A stretch of 64,000 bases of DNA from Eledone cirrhosa (Eukaryota), in contig OZ024750.1 of NCBI GenBank assembly GCA_964016885.1, positions 7,564,001 through 7,628,000 on the forward strand. The letters run 5' to 3'. The first letter of the stretch is position 1; every line of letters begins with the position of its first letter. The position numbers and the translations under genes were made by a program. The notes under the pieces were generated by a model. That model had not been told where the DNA came from and did no database searches. It worked only from the letters and a program-made list of their open reading frames with translations. This document shows, in pieces, positions 28,424 through 41,591 of this stretch.

Positions 28424-28640
28424 GGTTTCTTATATAGACACAAGGTCAGTAATTTTGGAGGATGGGGAAGTCGATTAAATCGACCCCAGTGCGTGACTGG
28501 TACTTTATTTTATCGCCCCCGTAAGGAGGAAAGGCAAAGTTAACCTCACCGGGATTTGAACTCAGACCATAAAGGGACGTAACTCTATGCTTCAAAGCAT
28601 GGCGTCCGACGCTCTACCGATACTGCCAATCCACCGCCCT
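28424..28640 (-). mobile_element. tRNA-derived SINE, long variant
   Basis: TSD tggtggtt(a/t)atatt at 28410-28423 and 28641-28654. Confidence 0.92.
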
Positions 28641-28762
28641 TGGTGGTTTATATTAAGTGTGGTGGACGGAGGTTAGGGTTAGGGTTAGGGTTTGTTATTG
28701 CGCTTAATGTTTACTACGACAGTGAGGGCGAGGGTGAGATATGAAGCATAGGTGTGAGCTGT

Positions 28763-28852
<90 letters not shown>

Positions 28853-29001
28853 GGGGTGATGTATTGGTGGGTGGAGGGATGGATGAATGCATGGCTGGCT
28901 GGATGGGCCCTGATCCTGTCAGGAAAATAGTCATGCTCAATACACAAAGAAAGGAGTGAGTAGACATTTTGTGCAGTGTAGAAAATAGAAGAACAAAAAA
29001 T

Positions 29002-29052
<51 letters not shown>

Positions 29053-29074
29053 ATATATATATATATATATATAT

Positions 29075-29172
29075 ACCATTACTCACCAGAGTACTTGATA
29101 CTTGGGGTTGTAGAGTGTGGTAAATTCGGGACCCCGACGGGGCAGGATCTCAGCCGTCGTAGTTCCAAATTC

Positions 29173-29177
<5 letters not shown>
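29075..29177 (-). mobile_element. Divergent family B fragment
   Basis: caccagagtacttgatacttggggttgtagagtg...ggaccccgacgg. Confidence 0.65.
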
Positions 29178-29225
<48 letters not shown>

Positions 29226-29227
<2 letters not shown>

Positions 29228-29416
29228 CGAAGGAAATGTGGTAAGGAACCAGGTGGACCATAACGCACCAAAGTACTCAATACTTGAGGTAGTAGAGTGG
29301 GTAATAGGAACCAGTAAGACCCCGACAGCTGAGCTCAAGCCGTTTCGACGGCTAATTCTGAGTCCAGAATTAGCCGTCGAAACGGCTTGAGCTCAGCTGT
29401 CGGGGTCTTACTGGTT

Positions 29417-29420
<4 letters not shown>
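29226..29420. mobile_element. Family B fold-back element
   Basis: Arms complementary, including copy-private variants. Confidence 0.92.
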
Positions 29421-29503
<83 letters not shown>

Positions 29504-29555
29504 TAATAAAAACAATGAAATAAAAACAAAGAACAAGTTAATATATATATATATT

Positions 29556-29678
29556 TGTTATATTTTGAATACCTGATGATATCACCGGATTCATACTGAA
29601 CCCGGTCATTGAAATGACCATAGTATAATATACCTTTCAAGGATTTACACCAGTCCAGCCTCCTGTTATCTTATAATG
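29556..29678 (+). mobile_element. Family D element with hammerhead (29569-29626)
   Basis: ATAC-CTGATGA...GAAA-TGACCA-TA-GTAT; matches the 30007 and 50329 copies. Confidence 0.85.
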
Positions 29679-29685
29679 TATATAT

Positions 29686-29729
<44 letters not shown>

Positions 29730-29868
29730 TCAGGTTTGAGGTTCACCACTGTATAGAGCTGGTCTATTCCGTATGGTCAATCGTAATGCAATAATATAGA
29801 GAGTACTCAACGTAAAGCAATTCAACCGTCTTTGTTTTTGTAGTTGGTGGTGCTATTACGGAGTTAAA

Positions 29869-30114
29869 TATTATAATGAAATGACAGGAGGCTGGATTTG
29901 TAAGGGCGACCGGCTGAGGTTGAAGGAACAGAATAGCGGTCGCCCTCGGGTCCTCGATTTTCAGCCCCATGGATTTTATCTATTACATTCACGTATTATA
30001 TTTCGAATACCTGATGATATCACCGGATTCATACGGAACCCGGTCATTGAAATGATCATAGTATAATAAACCTTTCAAGGATTTACACCAGTCCAGCCTC
30101 CTGTCATTTCATTA

Positions 30115-30120
<6 letters not shown>
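29869..30120 (+). mobile_element. Family D element with a short inverted terminal arm
   Basis: atattataatgaaatgacaggaggctgga (29869-29897) is the reverse complement of 30092-30120; ends in (TA)n. Confidence 0.88.
30007..30064 (+). ncRNA. Minimal type I hammerhead ribozyme (family D) with palindromic stem III
   Basis: Stem I ATAC/GTAT; CTGATGA 30011-30017; stem II ACCGG.TTC/GAA.CCGGT; GAAA 30049-30052; ATGATCAT palindrome; predicted cleavage after 30060. Confidence 0.8.
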
Positions 30121-30184
<64 letters not shown>

Positions 30185-30187
<3 letters not shown>

Positions 30188-30361
30188 AATGTAATGTGAG
30201 TTTTTCGAATATTAATAACATTCGATTCGTTTGCAATTATGCAAACAAGCCTGAATTTTATAGCCATGTCAGTAGAATGAACCCCTCATTCTTGCTCTTC
30301 ATTCTTGTTGGCATACCAACAAGAATGAAGAGCAAGAATGAAGGTTCATTCTACTGACATG
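30185..30361. mobile_element. Family I asymmetric palindrome adjoining (TA)n
   Basis: Arms 30265-30311 and 30316-30361, loop CATA. Confidence 0.7.
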
Positions 30362-30523
30362 TATGTAAATCCATATATATATATTTGTCCCACCCAACGC
30401 AAATATTTTGTATATCTATATGTAGGTAACAAAAATGTTTTACCCATAGTTAAGATAACTCGGACATTTATGATGCACGATTAGCTCCCTTAGGAGAACA
30501 ATGTATTCAATCCAGCATGTGTG

Positions 30524-30586
<63 letters not shown>

Positions 30587-31300
30587 CCTTAGCCTCGCCA
30601 AGCAGCAGACAATATAATTTAATGGAAAAATATACACGATTTAACTCCCTTACAGGTGACTTTCTCTCACACACACATATACACACACACACACATACAT
30701 ACACACATACAGACACACAGATACACAGACACAGACACAGACACACACACAGACATACATACACATATTTATACCTTTCAACACTACAGATACCAAACAT
30801 ATTTCAACCTTACCTTAGGTAGGATAACTCTGATGAAGAGACATACACGCTTATTTCCCTTTTAAAAAACAATTCTATTAATTCAGTATTTCCTTTACGC
30901 CCAACACAAATATAAGGCTGTATGTAGTAAATAGTTTTGTATATATGTTCATGTTGATTTTGAGGGGACTTAACTCTGTTAGAGCTTTGCGATGTATCAT
31001 CTAAACTTATCTCCCTTAGATTATCTCACAAGAAGAATTAATCGTCCTCATCTATTACATTAAACATTACATAATACATATAATAAAAATACCCCAAACA
31101 AACAAACAGTGTAGAAGAATATAGAATTATTGCTGTCAATGCATTATACTTTAAAAAAAAAATCATAAGAGTAGAAGAGAAAGAACTATGGTGTATATAT
31201 ACTTATAGCCTCGTTTAAATGATTATTTATGTGGTTGATTCCTACGGACTAGGGAGAGGAAATACTGCATATATTTTATCTAATAATTCTTCAAACTTGC

Positions 31301-31361
<61 letters not shown>

Positions 31362-31670
31362 CATACGTACATATATATAGACCTGTTTTATATTGTAATT
31401 ATGCCTTAGATGAAACACTGTGTAAGGAGTAAATTTATATGCATATGTTTGTACTTTCCAACACATATTTGTATATCGATATGAAGCCACCAAATATAGT
31501 TAAGCCAATAGGTAAGGTAACTCATGTAAAGAGATATATACGCTTAGCTCCCGTGTCTAAAAAAATCAATTTCGTTAAGTCAGTATTTGTAGCAATGCGT
31601 GCATAAGCATGGAAATCACTTCGCATAGTTCTAGCGGGTTAGTTTCCCTTAAAACCAATATAAATATAAT

Positions 31671-31851
31671 TGTTTCTACTTTAGGCACAAGGCCAGCAAA
31701 TACCCAGTGCATTACTGCTACTTTATTTTATCGACCCCGTAAGGATGAAAGGCAAAGTCAACCTCGGTGGGATTTGAACTCAGATCGTAAAGGGACGTAA
31801 CTATGCTGGAAAGCATGGTGTCCGACTCTTTACCGATACTGCCAATCCACC
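31671..31851 (-). mobile_element. tRNA-derived SINE (main family)
   Basis: TSD taaatataat at 31661-31670 and 31852-31861. Confidence 0.92.
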
Positions 31852-32029
31852 TAAATATAATCAACATTATTTACACACCCATACATATAAAGAGGAGTAA
31901 TCAAACATCTTAGCTATGGGAAAGATAACTCGTGTCAAGATGTACACATGCTTAGCTCCCTTACAAAACCAAGTCATTAAAATCTGAATTTATAGCATGT
32001 GGCTACGAAGATCCTTATCAATATGTACC

Positions 32030-32181
32030 TGGGTTAGAAAAGGTAAACCGTATCGCTGCGTGTCATAAGAAGGAACTAAAAGGGCTAATGTCACGAGGGA
32101 GTCCGGTTTCAATACGTTGCCTCAAAAAGTCCCGTCCAAAACCATGCTACCACGGAACGCGTCGGCGTAAAGTCGATGATG
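32030..32181 (+). mobile_element. Degenerate SINE body and tail
   Basis: gcgtgtcataagaaggaactaaaa core and aaaccatgc...gatgatg tail resembling 36146-36213. Confidence 0.45.
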
Positions 32182-32182
32182 T

Positions 32183-32520
32183 AGGACTTACTTTCTTAGC
32201 TGTCTCCGATAAAGTATTTTCTCCGATAAGGTATTTTCTGGGCGACGAGTCATTACTGGTTCCGAGATATTTTCTGCCACCTATTTCTGTAGGGAGACAT
32301 GATGTCTTCTATCCGCTGGTTATACAGAATTCAACCAGCTCACTGTACCTTCAGGATATCCTGTCGAATGCGTCATTAATGTTCAACTCCTAGGGGGCAC
32401 TAAACTCTCTTGTCATTACCCACTTTCTCTCCTTACACATGACGCGATCGGGTCTCTTGGTCACAAAACGTGGCAAGATGTATTTGCTGTCCAGGTAAAT
32501 TGAAACTTCCCAAAGCTCAA
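32183..32520 (-). pseudogene. HERO-like non-LTR retrotransposon restriction-like endonuclease fragment
   Basis: One frame: WEVSIYLDSKYILPRFVTKRPDRVM..EFSAP*ELNINDAFDRIS*RYSELVEFCITSG*KTSCLPTEIGGR; two TAG stops sit at the conserved Trp of PWE and GW. Confidence 0.75.
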
Positions 32521-33496
32521 CCCATTTTGGGTCAGTCTTTATTCTTACAGTGGTTTGTATATTACACCCACAAATGAATAAATATGTATTGTATATACGT
32601 ATATATAATATATACGTGGTAAAGTAACATCCGAAATATAACTAGAATTGGATCTAATAGACTGGCCCTTCCCTTCAAAGTCAGAAAATACTTCAGCCTT
32701 CCAAAACTTCTAATCCTCAATGATGTTAAGGTAAAACACACAAAGGAATAATGCCCTTATATTAGAAACGATGTGGCCAGCATACATGTATATATGTCAA
32801 ATTTCGTCCAGGTAGAATTTGAAACGAGAACGTAATTGTAGAAGAACACTTAGTATAAACTATTTAGGCCGATACTTTAGTGTGTCAGATAATCAACCCT
32901 TTTGATATCTACCATTGATACAAGATTGCAGCTTTTGTGGGAGAGTACAAACGATTAAAACTACCCATTTAATTTGTTAACTAAGAAATATGAAAGACAT
33001 AGTCGTACTGTCGACACAGTCGCGGCCGGAAATCAGAACGTAAAAGAACAAAATTAAATAGAGTAATGTATCTTGCTCAGCACATCCACTCTACTTAAAT
33101 GAATATATATAGTGATATCTTATTGGATCAAGTATTGCAGAAGAAACGGTAAGCTCAAATGCGAACCGCGATGGTGATTCGGTTTCGATGTCTAGCTGTA
33201 ATCCTTTTAACTCATTTAAGCTTCTAATATCCTTCGGAAAGCCATGAACCCCACAAACTCTCGTGTAACATCTCTGCAAATTATAAGAAAAACTTTATAT
33301 CTAGTCAAAAGATATAAATGTATTGGTTGTTGTGCATTCCCCAATGAACTGTAATACAACAGACGTAAGATGAAAGGTGTTCCAGTTGTGACCATCTCGT
33401 CTTTTTGAGAGTATGTATAAATGCAATATCTAACGTGTCATTTATTTCTGGTTGTAGAATCTCTCTTGTTGGTTTGTTGATTTTATATATAGATAC

Positions 33497-33605
<109 letters not shown>

Positions 33606-34236
33606 ACACACAGACTTACACAAATGCACACAAATATACCAAACATATCACACAAAGAAACAACAACCAGTTCCATTTTCTGTTTGAGCTATTTCACTTC
33701 ATATACTCAACTAATTAATTTCGATAAAACATGGCATTTGCAAGAAACCTTTCCTTACCGAAACATTTATGGCCTTGTACCAATCTATTAATTTTCTACT
33801 TAGGTACAAGACTATAAATCTATAGGAAAAGAATTGATACTTACACATTTCCCAAAGGTATTAGTGGAATGTGTAAAGTGACTTAGCTCAAACAAGGAAT
33901 GGAAACTGGAATATAAACTCGGTTTATCAGAATATTACTTCTTCTTATAAGACATGTTACTATTCTAGTTGCCGTGGTTGTCAAACTTATTTTATTACTA
34001 TTTTTGTACTATTTTTGAACATGCGGAACACATTCTCATATCTCATGGAAATTCTACAAATTAAGGATATTAAATGAAACAAAATTTCATTTAGTTTAAA
34101 AGGTTTCATCCTAGTCAAAATAACTAACGTTTCATGTAATTGTTTTATAAAGACCACGACGACGACGACCACCACCACTACCACCACTATCACCACGACG
34201 GCGACGACGACCACCACCACCACCAACATCACCACC

Positions 34237-34365
34237 ACGTTCTGAGTTCAAGCCCCTTCCGGGGTCGATAAAATAAAGCACCAGTAATGAACTGGGATCT
34301 ATATATTTCACTTTTCCTTCCCCCGGAATTGTTGGCCTTGTACCTAAATAAAAAACCCCATTATT
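34237..34365 (+). mobile_element. Degenerate, internally deleted SINE
   Basis: acgttctgagttcaa...ggggtcgataaaataaag...ggccttgtacc. Confidence 0.75.
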
Positions 34366-34381
34366 ATTAATATTATAATAT

Positions 34382-34506
34382 TTCAAATCCTGTCGAGTTC
34401 AAATCCCGTCGAGGTTAACTTTGCCTTTCATCCTTACGGGGTCGATAAAATAAAGTACCAGTAATACACTGGAATAATTGCTGGCCTTGTGCCAAAAGTA
34501 GAAACA
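34382..34506 (+). mobile_element. 5'-truncated SINE (main family)
   Basis: Duplicated 5' 16-mer; flanking repeat attattaatattat at 34363 and 34507. Confidence 0.88.
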
Positions 34507-34984
34507 ATTATTAATATTATTATGTCATATCTTTCCATTATCTCTCAGTTCATTCATGTAATAAACAGTTGACTTGGGATTTTAGAACTGTTTGTGAAAC
34601 CAGAAAAAGTTTTTCAAATGACTGAAAATCGTGTTAAACATTTTTGTCGAAGATTTCTGATAAAAGACTCAATGATAACGTCTGTGTTGTAATTCTCATT
34701 GTTTGTATTAAACATCGAGATTTTAATGTTGTTTTAAATTGATTAATGTTGTAGCTTGTCATGTAGTTGTCTGAGCGAGTTTAATTAATTATTTTATTAT
34801 TTTATTAGTTTTTTAATGTAATTTTGTTGTTAGCAACGATCAAACCCATTCCGTATCACAAGTCATCTTATCCGCCGCACTATCGATTTCACTAATCCAT
34901 TCTTCTGAACTAATACAGCATTTATTAAATATTGAAAGATGAATGACAAAGTTGACATCGATGAGACTTGGTATCAGATCATAG

Positions 34985-35172
34985 TTGTTTCTAGTTTTGG
35001 CACAAGGCCAGCAATTACTCCAGTGTATTACTGGTACTTTATTTTATCGACCTCGTAACGATGAAAGGTAAAGTTAACCTCGGCGGGATTTGAACTCAGA
35101 CCATAAAGGGCCGTAACTCTTTGCTGAAAAGCATGGCATCCGACCCTCTATCGATATTGCCAATCCACCACC
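34985..35172 (-). mobile_element. tRNA-derived SINE (main family)
   Basis: Full-length reverse-complement match. Confidence 0.9.
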
Positions 35173-36145
35173 AATAAGCTTGAATAAGTATCGCTAGAAG
35201 TTTCGCCAGACGTTCTAATGGTTCCGCCAATAATGTGAAAGAACGCAAGTATATACAGCAAAGTCTTTTTGTCCAGCATTTTACTGCATCATTAATTCCT
35301 TTACATTATCGAATATAAATATATATTTATTTATAAGTATAAGGAAAGTGCTCAAGCGCAGAATTGCTATAAATATAGCTTATAGAATAGGACGAAGACC
35401 CTTAAAATACGGACAAAGCGGTTGCCGCCGTTTACTATAAGGAATTTGACCCTATATCTTTCATTATTAAGCTAAAGAGCCATGACAAATCCCTTCTCTT
35501 CATTTTAACTAGATAACTGGACAACAGCTTTCAGATGTCAGCAGGCAGGCACACAAACAGACAGACAGACATCTGTATGTAAACAAACAATGTAATCGAT
35601 GAATTGTATTTATAAAATGGTAGAGGGTTATCACAATCAATACAGAACTCAAGAAAGTATTTTTCCAGCTATTTTGAAAGATCTCTTTTGTACCAAAACA
35701 ACGGATGATACGAGGACCTTTCAGGTCACCATATATTACAAAACACTGCTAGAAATTTCTGTGGTTAATCTTCTGTATCGTATTAACTATTGCAGATTAG
35801 TGGAAAGTCAGTAGAAGAGTTAGCAGAAAGGGAACTCTGAAGAGGAAGATATTTTAGAGACGAAACATCTTTTCATGGTTTTGAGAACACGTTTAGCAGT
35901 CAAGGGTATAATGTGTTTATTCACAGTTTCGCTAGTTTTATTTATTTATAGGTTTATTACTTAATTCTATTAAGCAGCCATGTGATAAATCCTTCTCCTG
36001 ATAAGATACTAGCTTATTATAAGTAATATTCTCGAAAAAAAAAATGAAAAATAAAAAAAAAATGAATAAATGTAAAAGTCTCGTTCATATTCCCCAGATT
36101 AGAAATGGGATCATAAGTAAGTTTGTTGTAATTTAGCACCTGGTC

Positions 36146-36213
36146 AGACCAGATTAAACCCATGCAAGCGTGGAAGATGGACGTTAAACGATGATGATGA
36201 TGATGATGATGAT
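36146..36213 (+). mobile_element. SINE/RTE-type 3' tail with (GAT)n
   Basis: aacccatgcaagcgtggaagatggacgttaaacgatgatgat. Confidence 0.6.
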
Positions 36214-36918
36214 TTAAGATATGATCATGTCTTCCCGTCTTTCATGCAGGCTTCATTTATATAAAACTGCATTAACGTATGTGTCACAATTCTGAGGCGA
36301 TAGGCTGGGATTTAAAGAGGATTTCATTTCTATTCCTAGCAATGTTTCGTGAACATGTAGACTCTTGGTTTAAAGTGATGTTTTATGAGTTGGTGGTCCA
36401 ATACTTTAACCACACACAGGAGTTGAAGCAAGTTTCACAATTATTAACATTCATTCTCCTCTGTGATAAATCATAATTACAAACCTACAAATATATGATG
36501 AATCTTAAGGAATAATCTAAACAGCATTTCAGCCCACGACTGTGTAAAGAATACAAGTCTTTCTCCGCTGGTATAACAACTGTCGTGTCATGTCAATGAA
36601 GTAAACACGAGAAAATGTCCACCAACTGTCGCCGTGTGGGACTGCATGCTATATGTTGTCAATGAAATGTACTTCACTGAAATATGAATGAAAAGAAACC
36701 AAAACCCAAAACGAACAACATAAATCCCCACTAAACACATGAGCCAAATAACTTTCCTTTGACAAAGAGAATTGATTTCCGTACAGTTCAACTGGGAGAT
36801 GACGTGTATAGAAAGAGAATTGAATGAAAGTATGTATGTATGTATGTATGTATGTATGTATGTATGTATGTATGTATGTATGTATGTATGTATGTATGTA
36901 TGTATGTATGTATGCATG

Positions 36919-37056
<138 letters not shown>

Positions 37057-37096
37057 GTATATATATATGTATATATATATGTATATATATATATAA

Positions 37097-37153
<57 letters not shown>

Positions 37154-37529
37154 TATATGAAGCGTGTGTGCGTGATTTCAATAGATGATATATGCATTTT
37201 ATGTGAAATAAGTTTCGCTTGTTTAAATGTGTCTGTGAGTGTGTGCTTGTAATGGTGTCTGGTTAAAGATATAAGCAATTTTATGTGAAAGTAGGTATTG
37301 TAGTCTTTGTGCATTAGTGTGCATGTGTGCGTATCAGTCTATATGTATTTACACAACAGTTATGCAAAACGATTAAAAGTCCAGACCATATACTAACTAA
37401 TCAAAGAACTGTGCTCTTTGTGCTCTTTGCATCAACGAAAAATTCAGGATTCTACAAGATTTGAAATCCTCAAACAAATACCTAAACTCAAGGAACGATG
37501 TGTATAAGGGCTGCTTACATCTCAAAAGA

Positions 37530-37690
37530 CATATTTTCATCGTAAAAACCACGATGAAGCAACCGTCTCCAACTAATCCGACTGGATACCCAAGCGAGAC
37601 CAGCCCATCTCATGGATGTTATCCAATCATCTTGCTCGGAGTATACCCCCGAGTCTCCTGCCAGTTGGTTTTGCCCGTAAAATCTGTCTA
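37530..37690 (-). pseudogene. RTE-clade LINE C-terminal fragment
   Basis: RQILRAKPTGRRLGGILRAR*LDNIHEMGWSRLGIQ resembles the G.RPRGRPR.RW.D motif. Confidence 0.7.
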
Positions 37691-37784
37691 GGATTCAACA
37701 AGGATACAAAAATCAAATCGAATCATATCTAGAGTTGTCTTCAGACATTGCTAAAATAATTATAATAATATGAATAAAGACAAT

Positions 37785-38110
37785 ATATGTTTGAGATGTG
37801 ATGCCTGATGTACCGTAGGAGAAATTCTCGGAAACAAAAAAACAAAAGTTGTTGAAAAAAAGACAGCCAAGGCATCAATATTGCAATATTTCATGTCATC
37901 TCAGTACGCCGACCTCTATGGTTTAGCTACACTGTTCCTCAAACTAATATGGTCAATTGATTATTAAAGGGAGATTTTAAGTCCCTTCGAACCCTTTAAA
38001 AATACAGAAAGGGTCAGCCCACTGAAGAAATGGTAAGACAGCATCTAGGAGGACTTGAAACTATCGCTTTTGATGTGAAGAACTCGGTCCAATGGAAGAG
38101 ACGCATACAT
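37785..38110 (+). pseudogene. Highly degenerate RTE-clade LINE C-terminal fragment
   Basis: FEM*CL, RRPLWFSY and PLKKW*DSI*EDLK appear in the expected order across frameshifts. Confidence 0.55.
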
Positions 38111-38947
38111 AATATTAGCCAACAAAAGGGTTGAATTACTCTATGCATAATTCATTATTATCATCAATCACCACCAGTAACACGATCCTCCCCCATGATC
38201 CCCTGCTCCTCCTCTTCCTTGTCGTTGTTCTCCTCCTCCTTCACCTCCCTTTCTCCTTTTCTTCTTCTTCTTCTTCTTCTTCTTCTTCTTCTTCTTCTTC
38301 TTCTTCTTCTTCTTCTTCTTCTTCTTCTCCATCCTCCCCTTCTTCGTTGCCACCTCCCCCACCCCATCTCTTCCTTCGGCTTCGTCTACACCTACGGTCA
38401 CCTTCTACTGACCACCTCTCAAGCTACCGCCATCCATTCACCTCCTCCCCCTCCCCCTCCATTCCCCCCCTCCATTCTCCCCCCCATTCTCTCCACCACC
38501 ACCACCACCATCACCAGCATCATCGTCGTCAGTCAACTATACCAATACTATTTTACTCTGACCACACTAATTATCTCTGGTTGTGTCTCTGGTACAATAA
38601 CAATACATTAACTATTTCAACACTAACTTAACTATCCTTTTCCTTGCAGATGACGTCCGTGAATAATTTAGATTGTAATCAATTTTACATCATAGAAGGT
38701 AAAACCGAGAAAGAAAGGAAGCTACACAAGTCGAGTATCGATGACTTGTTCGTTATCTTAAGGAGCAAAGTTCAAGTTCGACCGGAGGCTATTTTGTCTT
38801 TTGTTCTGCCGGAATCGATAAAATAGTAATAAGCTAATATCGAGTTTATTGATTTATATAAACATTATGTCTAGTCAAAACATATTATAGGGTCACATAT
38901 ATGTGTGTATGTATATATATATGTATGCATGTATAAATTTATTTATG

Positions 38948-39000
<53 letters not shown>

Positions 39001-39175
39001 ATATATGTGTATATATGTATATATGTGTATATATATGTATGTATATATGTATGTATATATATATATGTGTATATATGTATATATATATGTATGCATATAT
39101 GTATATATATATATGTGCATATATGTATATATGTATAGATATATGTATGTATATATGTACGTATATATATATGTA

Positions 39176-39750
39176 CAAACTCTCTCATGGTCGGGTCGTT
39201 GGCGACTAAACTGGCAACCCCACCAAGGTTTCTTGGTGAGGAGGGTGACTTTGGACATCCTGCAGGACTAAAAACAAAACCTGTCAAAGGGCAAAGGAGC
39301 TCTTATGAGTCAATGGCCATCCAAAATCACCGGGAGAGATGACCCTAGAGTAGGAAAACTCTGATATAACACCTGCAACCCTGATGGTATCCAATGATGT
39401 TGACTTGTTCTTCTTTTTGGTAAATATCATCTTGGTTAAGAGAGTGGGACTGGCTTTATGCAGTGCCTTTGCTCACTATAAAAGCTTCACGGCACAGGCA
39501 TTACTTTATATCTGGAGATCTCTCTGCACTTGTCGTCACATGGTACCATGGGCCCAGCACTATGTGTCAATAATTGTCCTACCATGGGCCCAGCACTATG
39601 TGTCAATAATTGTCACAAGTGCAGTGTTTGTACCAGAGTTTTCAAGTCGCTGGCTGGACTAAAAAGTCACACTCGTTCAGCGCATCCGTAGGGGTTCTCC
39701 TACATGGATATAAAGTAGTGGCCGTACTCGAAAACGAGTTGGCAGCCACC
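39176..39750 (+). mobile_element. Longer copy of the RTE-derived non-autonomous element
   Basis: Matches 20728-21092; C2H2 finger 39620-39685 then Pro-stop; 35-bp internal duplication at 39544/39580. Confidence 0.82.
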
Positions 39751-40239
39751 ATATGTATATATATATGTATATGTGTATATATGTATATATGTATGTATAT
39801 ATGTATATATATATATGTGTATATATGTATATATGTATATATGTATGTATATATGTATGTATATATATATGTGTAAATATGTATATATGTATGTATGTAT
39901 ATATGTATGTGTTTATGTATGTATGTATTCAAATCTGTATGTAAGTATTTATATATGTATGTATGTAATCTATGTAATATCCCCTTTAGTGATATCTTCT
40001 GCATTTTCGTACCACACTTATCTCCTGCCCTCACAGTTTTCCTATCTCATGACTAATTATTTAGCCTTATTAATAAATAATTACTTTCCGTTAGATCACC
40101 TTTACTGCTTTCTCACTTTCTTGTCTTACGAAACTAAATTTTAGCCAGAGTGTCAAATATCCACTCAACCAAAAACATAACAGTATTAGTTCATGCATGT
40201 ATGTATGTATGTACATAGGTGTCAAAGCTCTATCTTTTC

Positions 40240-40470
40240 GCCTATTTTGAGTACCGACAGAGAGCAGGGCAAGGGAGCACTGTCACGGTAACGATCAGAA
40301 TCAGAAACGATCGTCGTCGAGTGTTTCCATTCCCGGAGGATGGTGAGGGAGATGTGTTGGAAGTTGGAAGGGCCATTCCAGCTCGCGAAGCTCACATCTG
40401 CGGGTAGCCAACTCCGTGTCGATGCTGGTGAGTAGGGAGGTGGTCCTAGGACCAATGACACCAATGACAC
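40240..40470 (-). pseudogene. CRE-like non-LTR retrotransposon endonuclease C-terminus
   Basis: IGVIGPRTTSLLTSIDTELATRRCELRELEWPFQ then, after a 7-bp duplication (40356-40369), FQHISLTILR; homologous to 53485-53540. Confidence 0.75.
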
Positions 40471-40599
40471 TTAACTTAAGCATCTTAACCTACTGATAAC
40501 TATGTCAAATTTACATCTTTTATTAGGACTTATAATTTATGATTTAGTATTAACATCCACAGACATACCAGGCACTAAATAAATCCATCAGTAATATAT

Positions 40600-40728
40600 C
40601 TTCTTCTTCTTCTTCTTCTTCTTCTTCTTCTTCTTCTTCTTCTTCTTCTTCTTCTTCTTCTTCTTCTTCTTCTTCTTCTTCTTCTTCTTCTTCTTCTTCT
40701 TCAGTGTGGTTGTTGTTGTTGTTGTTGT
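40600..40728. repeat. (CTT)n plus (GTT)n microsatellite
   Basis: Direct inspection. Confidence 0.95.
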
Positions 40729-41591
40729 TTTCTCTCTCTCAACTCTTCTACATACATCAAGTGAGTGTCCAGAAAAGAACGCTGCCAACAGGTTTATTGT
40801 GAGTATATATAAACACATAAACAATAGATCGTTGTATTCTAGCGATTGCACTTGTGTTCACTTCACTTCACAAATCAGGAATCACTGACATCTGTCTGAA
40901 ACTTGTAAAATATCATTCACTATTAGTCTGGTTTTGGTGAAAGTGTAAGAAAAGGTCACATCTCCGCAGATCATTTTCTCGGAATTGTTTTCTGAAAATA
41001 TTCACCTTCCTACGTGTCAACCATACATTCATCCATTCACCCATCCGTGAATTCATCCATTTATCCATCCGTGAATTAATTCATCAATGTATCCTTGCAT
41101 GCAGCTAGTCATCGATCCAGCTATCTTTCCATCCATCCATCCATCCATCCATACATACATAGATACATGCATACATACATACATACATACATACGTACAT
41201 ACATACGTACATACATAGATACATACATACAAACATACACACATACATACGTATATACATACATGCATATATACAAACATACATACACACATACGTACAT
41301 ACACACATAGATATATGGACGCTTACATACATGCATACATACGTAGATGCATTCATACAAAAATACATACATACAAACACACATACATAGATATATGCAT
41401 TCTTACATACATGCATACATCTATACATATATACGCACATATGCATTCACTTTTACACATACATACATACAAACACACATACACACATACATACATGCAT
41501 ACATATATACACGCACGCACACACACACATATATACACACACACATATATACACACACACACACATATATGTATATATATATATATATATA

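Noticed and set aside
30825-30890. CTGATGAAG motif after a CA tract
   Set aside because: May be a decayed PLE ribozyme, but no GAAA or stems can be built
32303-32500. Open + frame ending at CAG/GTAAAT
   Set aside because: Antisense shadow of the HERO-like fragment
35830-35885. CTGAAGA...GAAACAT..ATG
   Set aside because: No stem II, U16.1 is missing and stem I is unconvincing
40260-40432. GC-rich candidate host exon with a CTG/GTGAGT donor
   Set aside because: All + frames contain stops; better explained as the - strand CRE-like fragment
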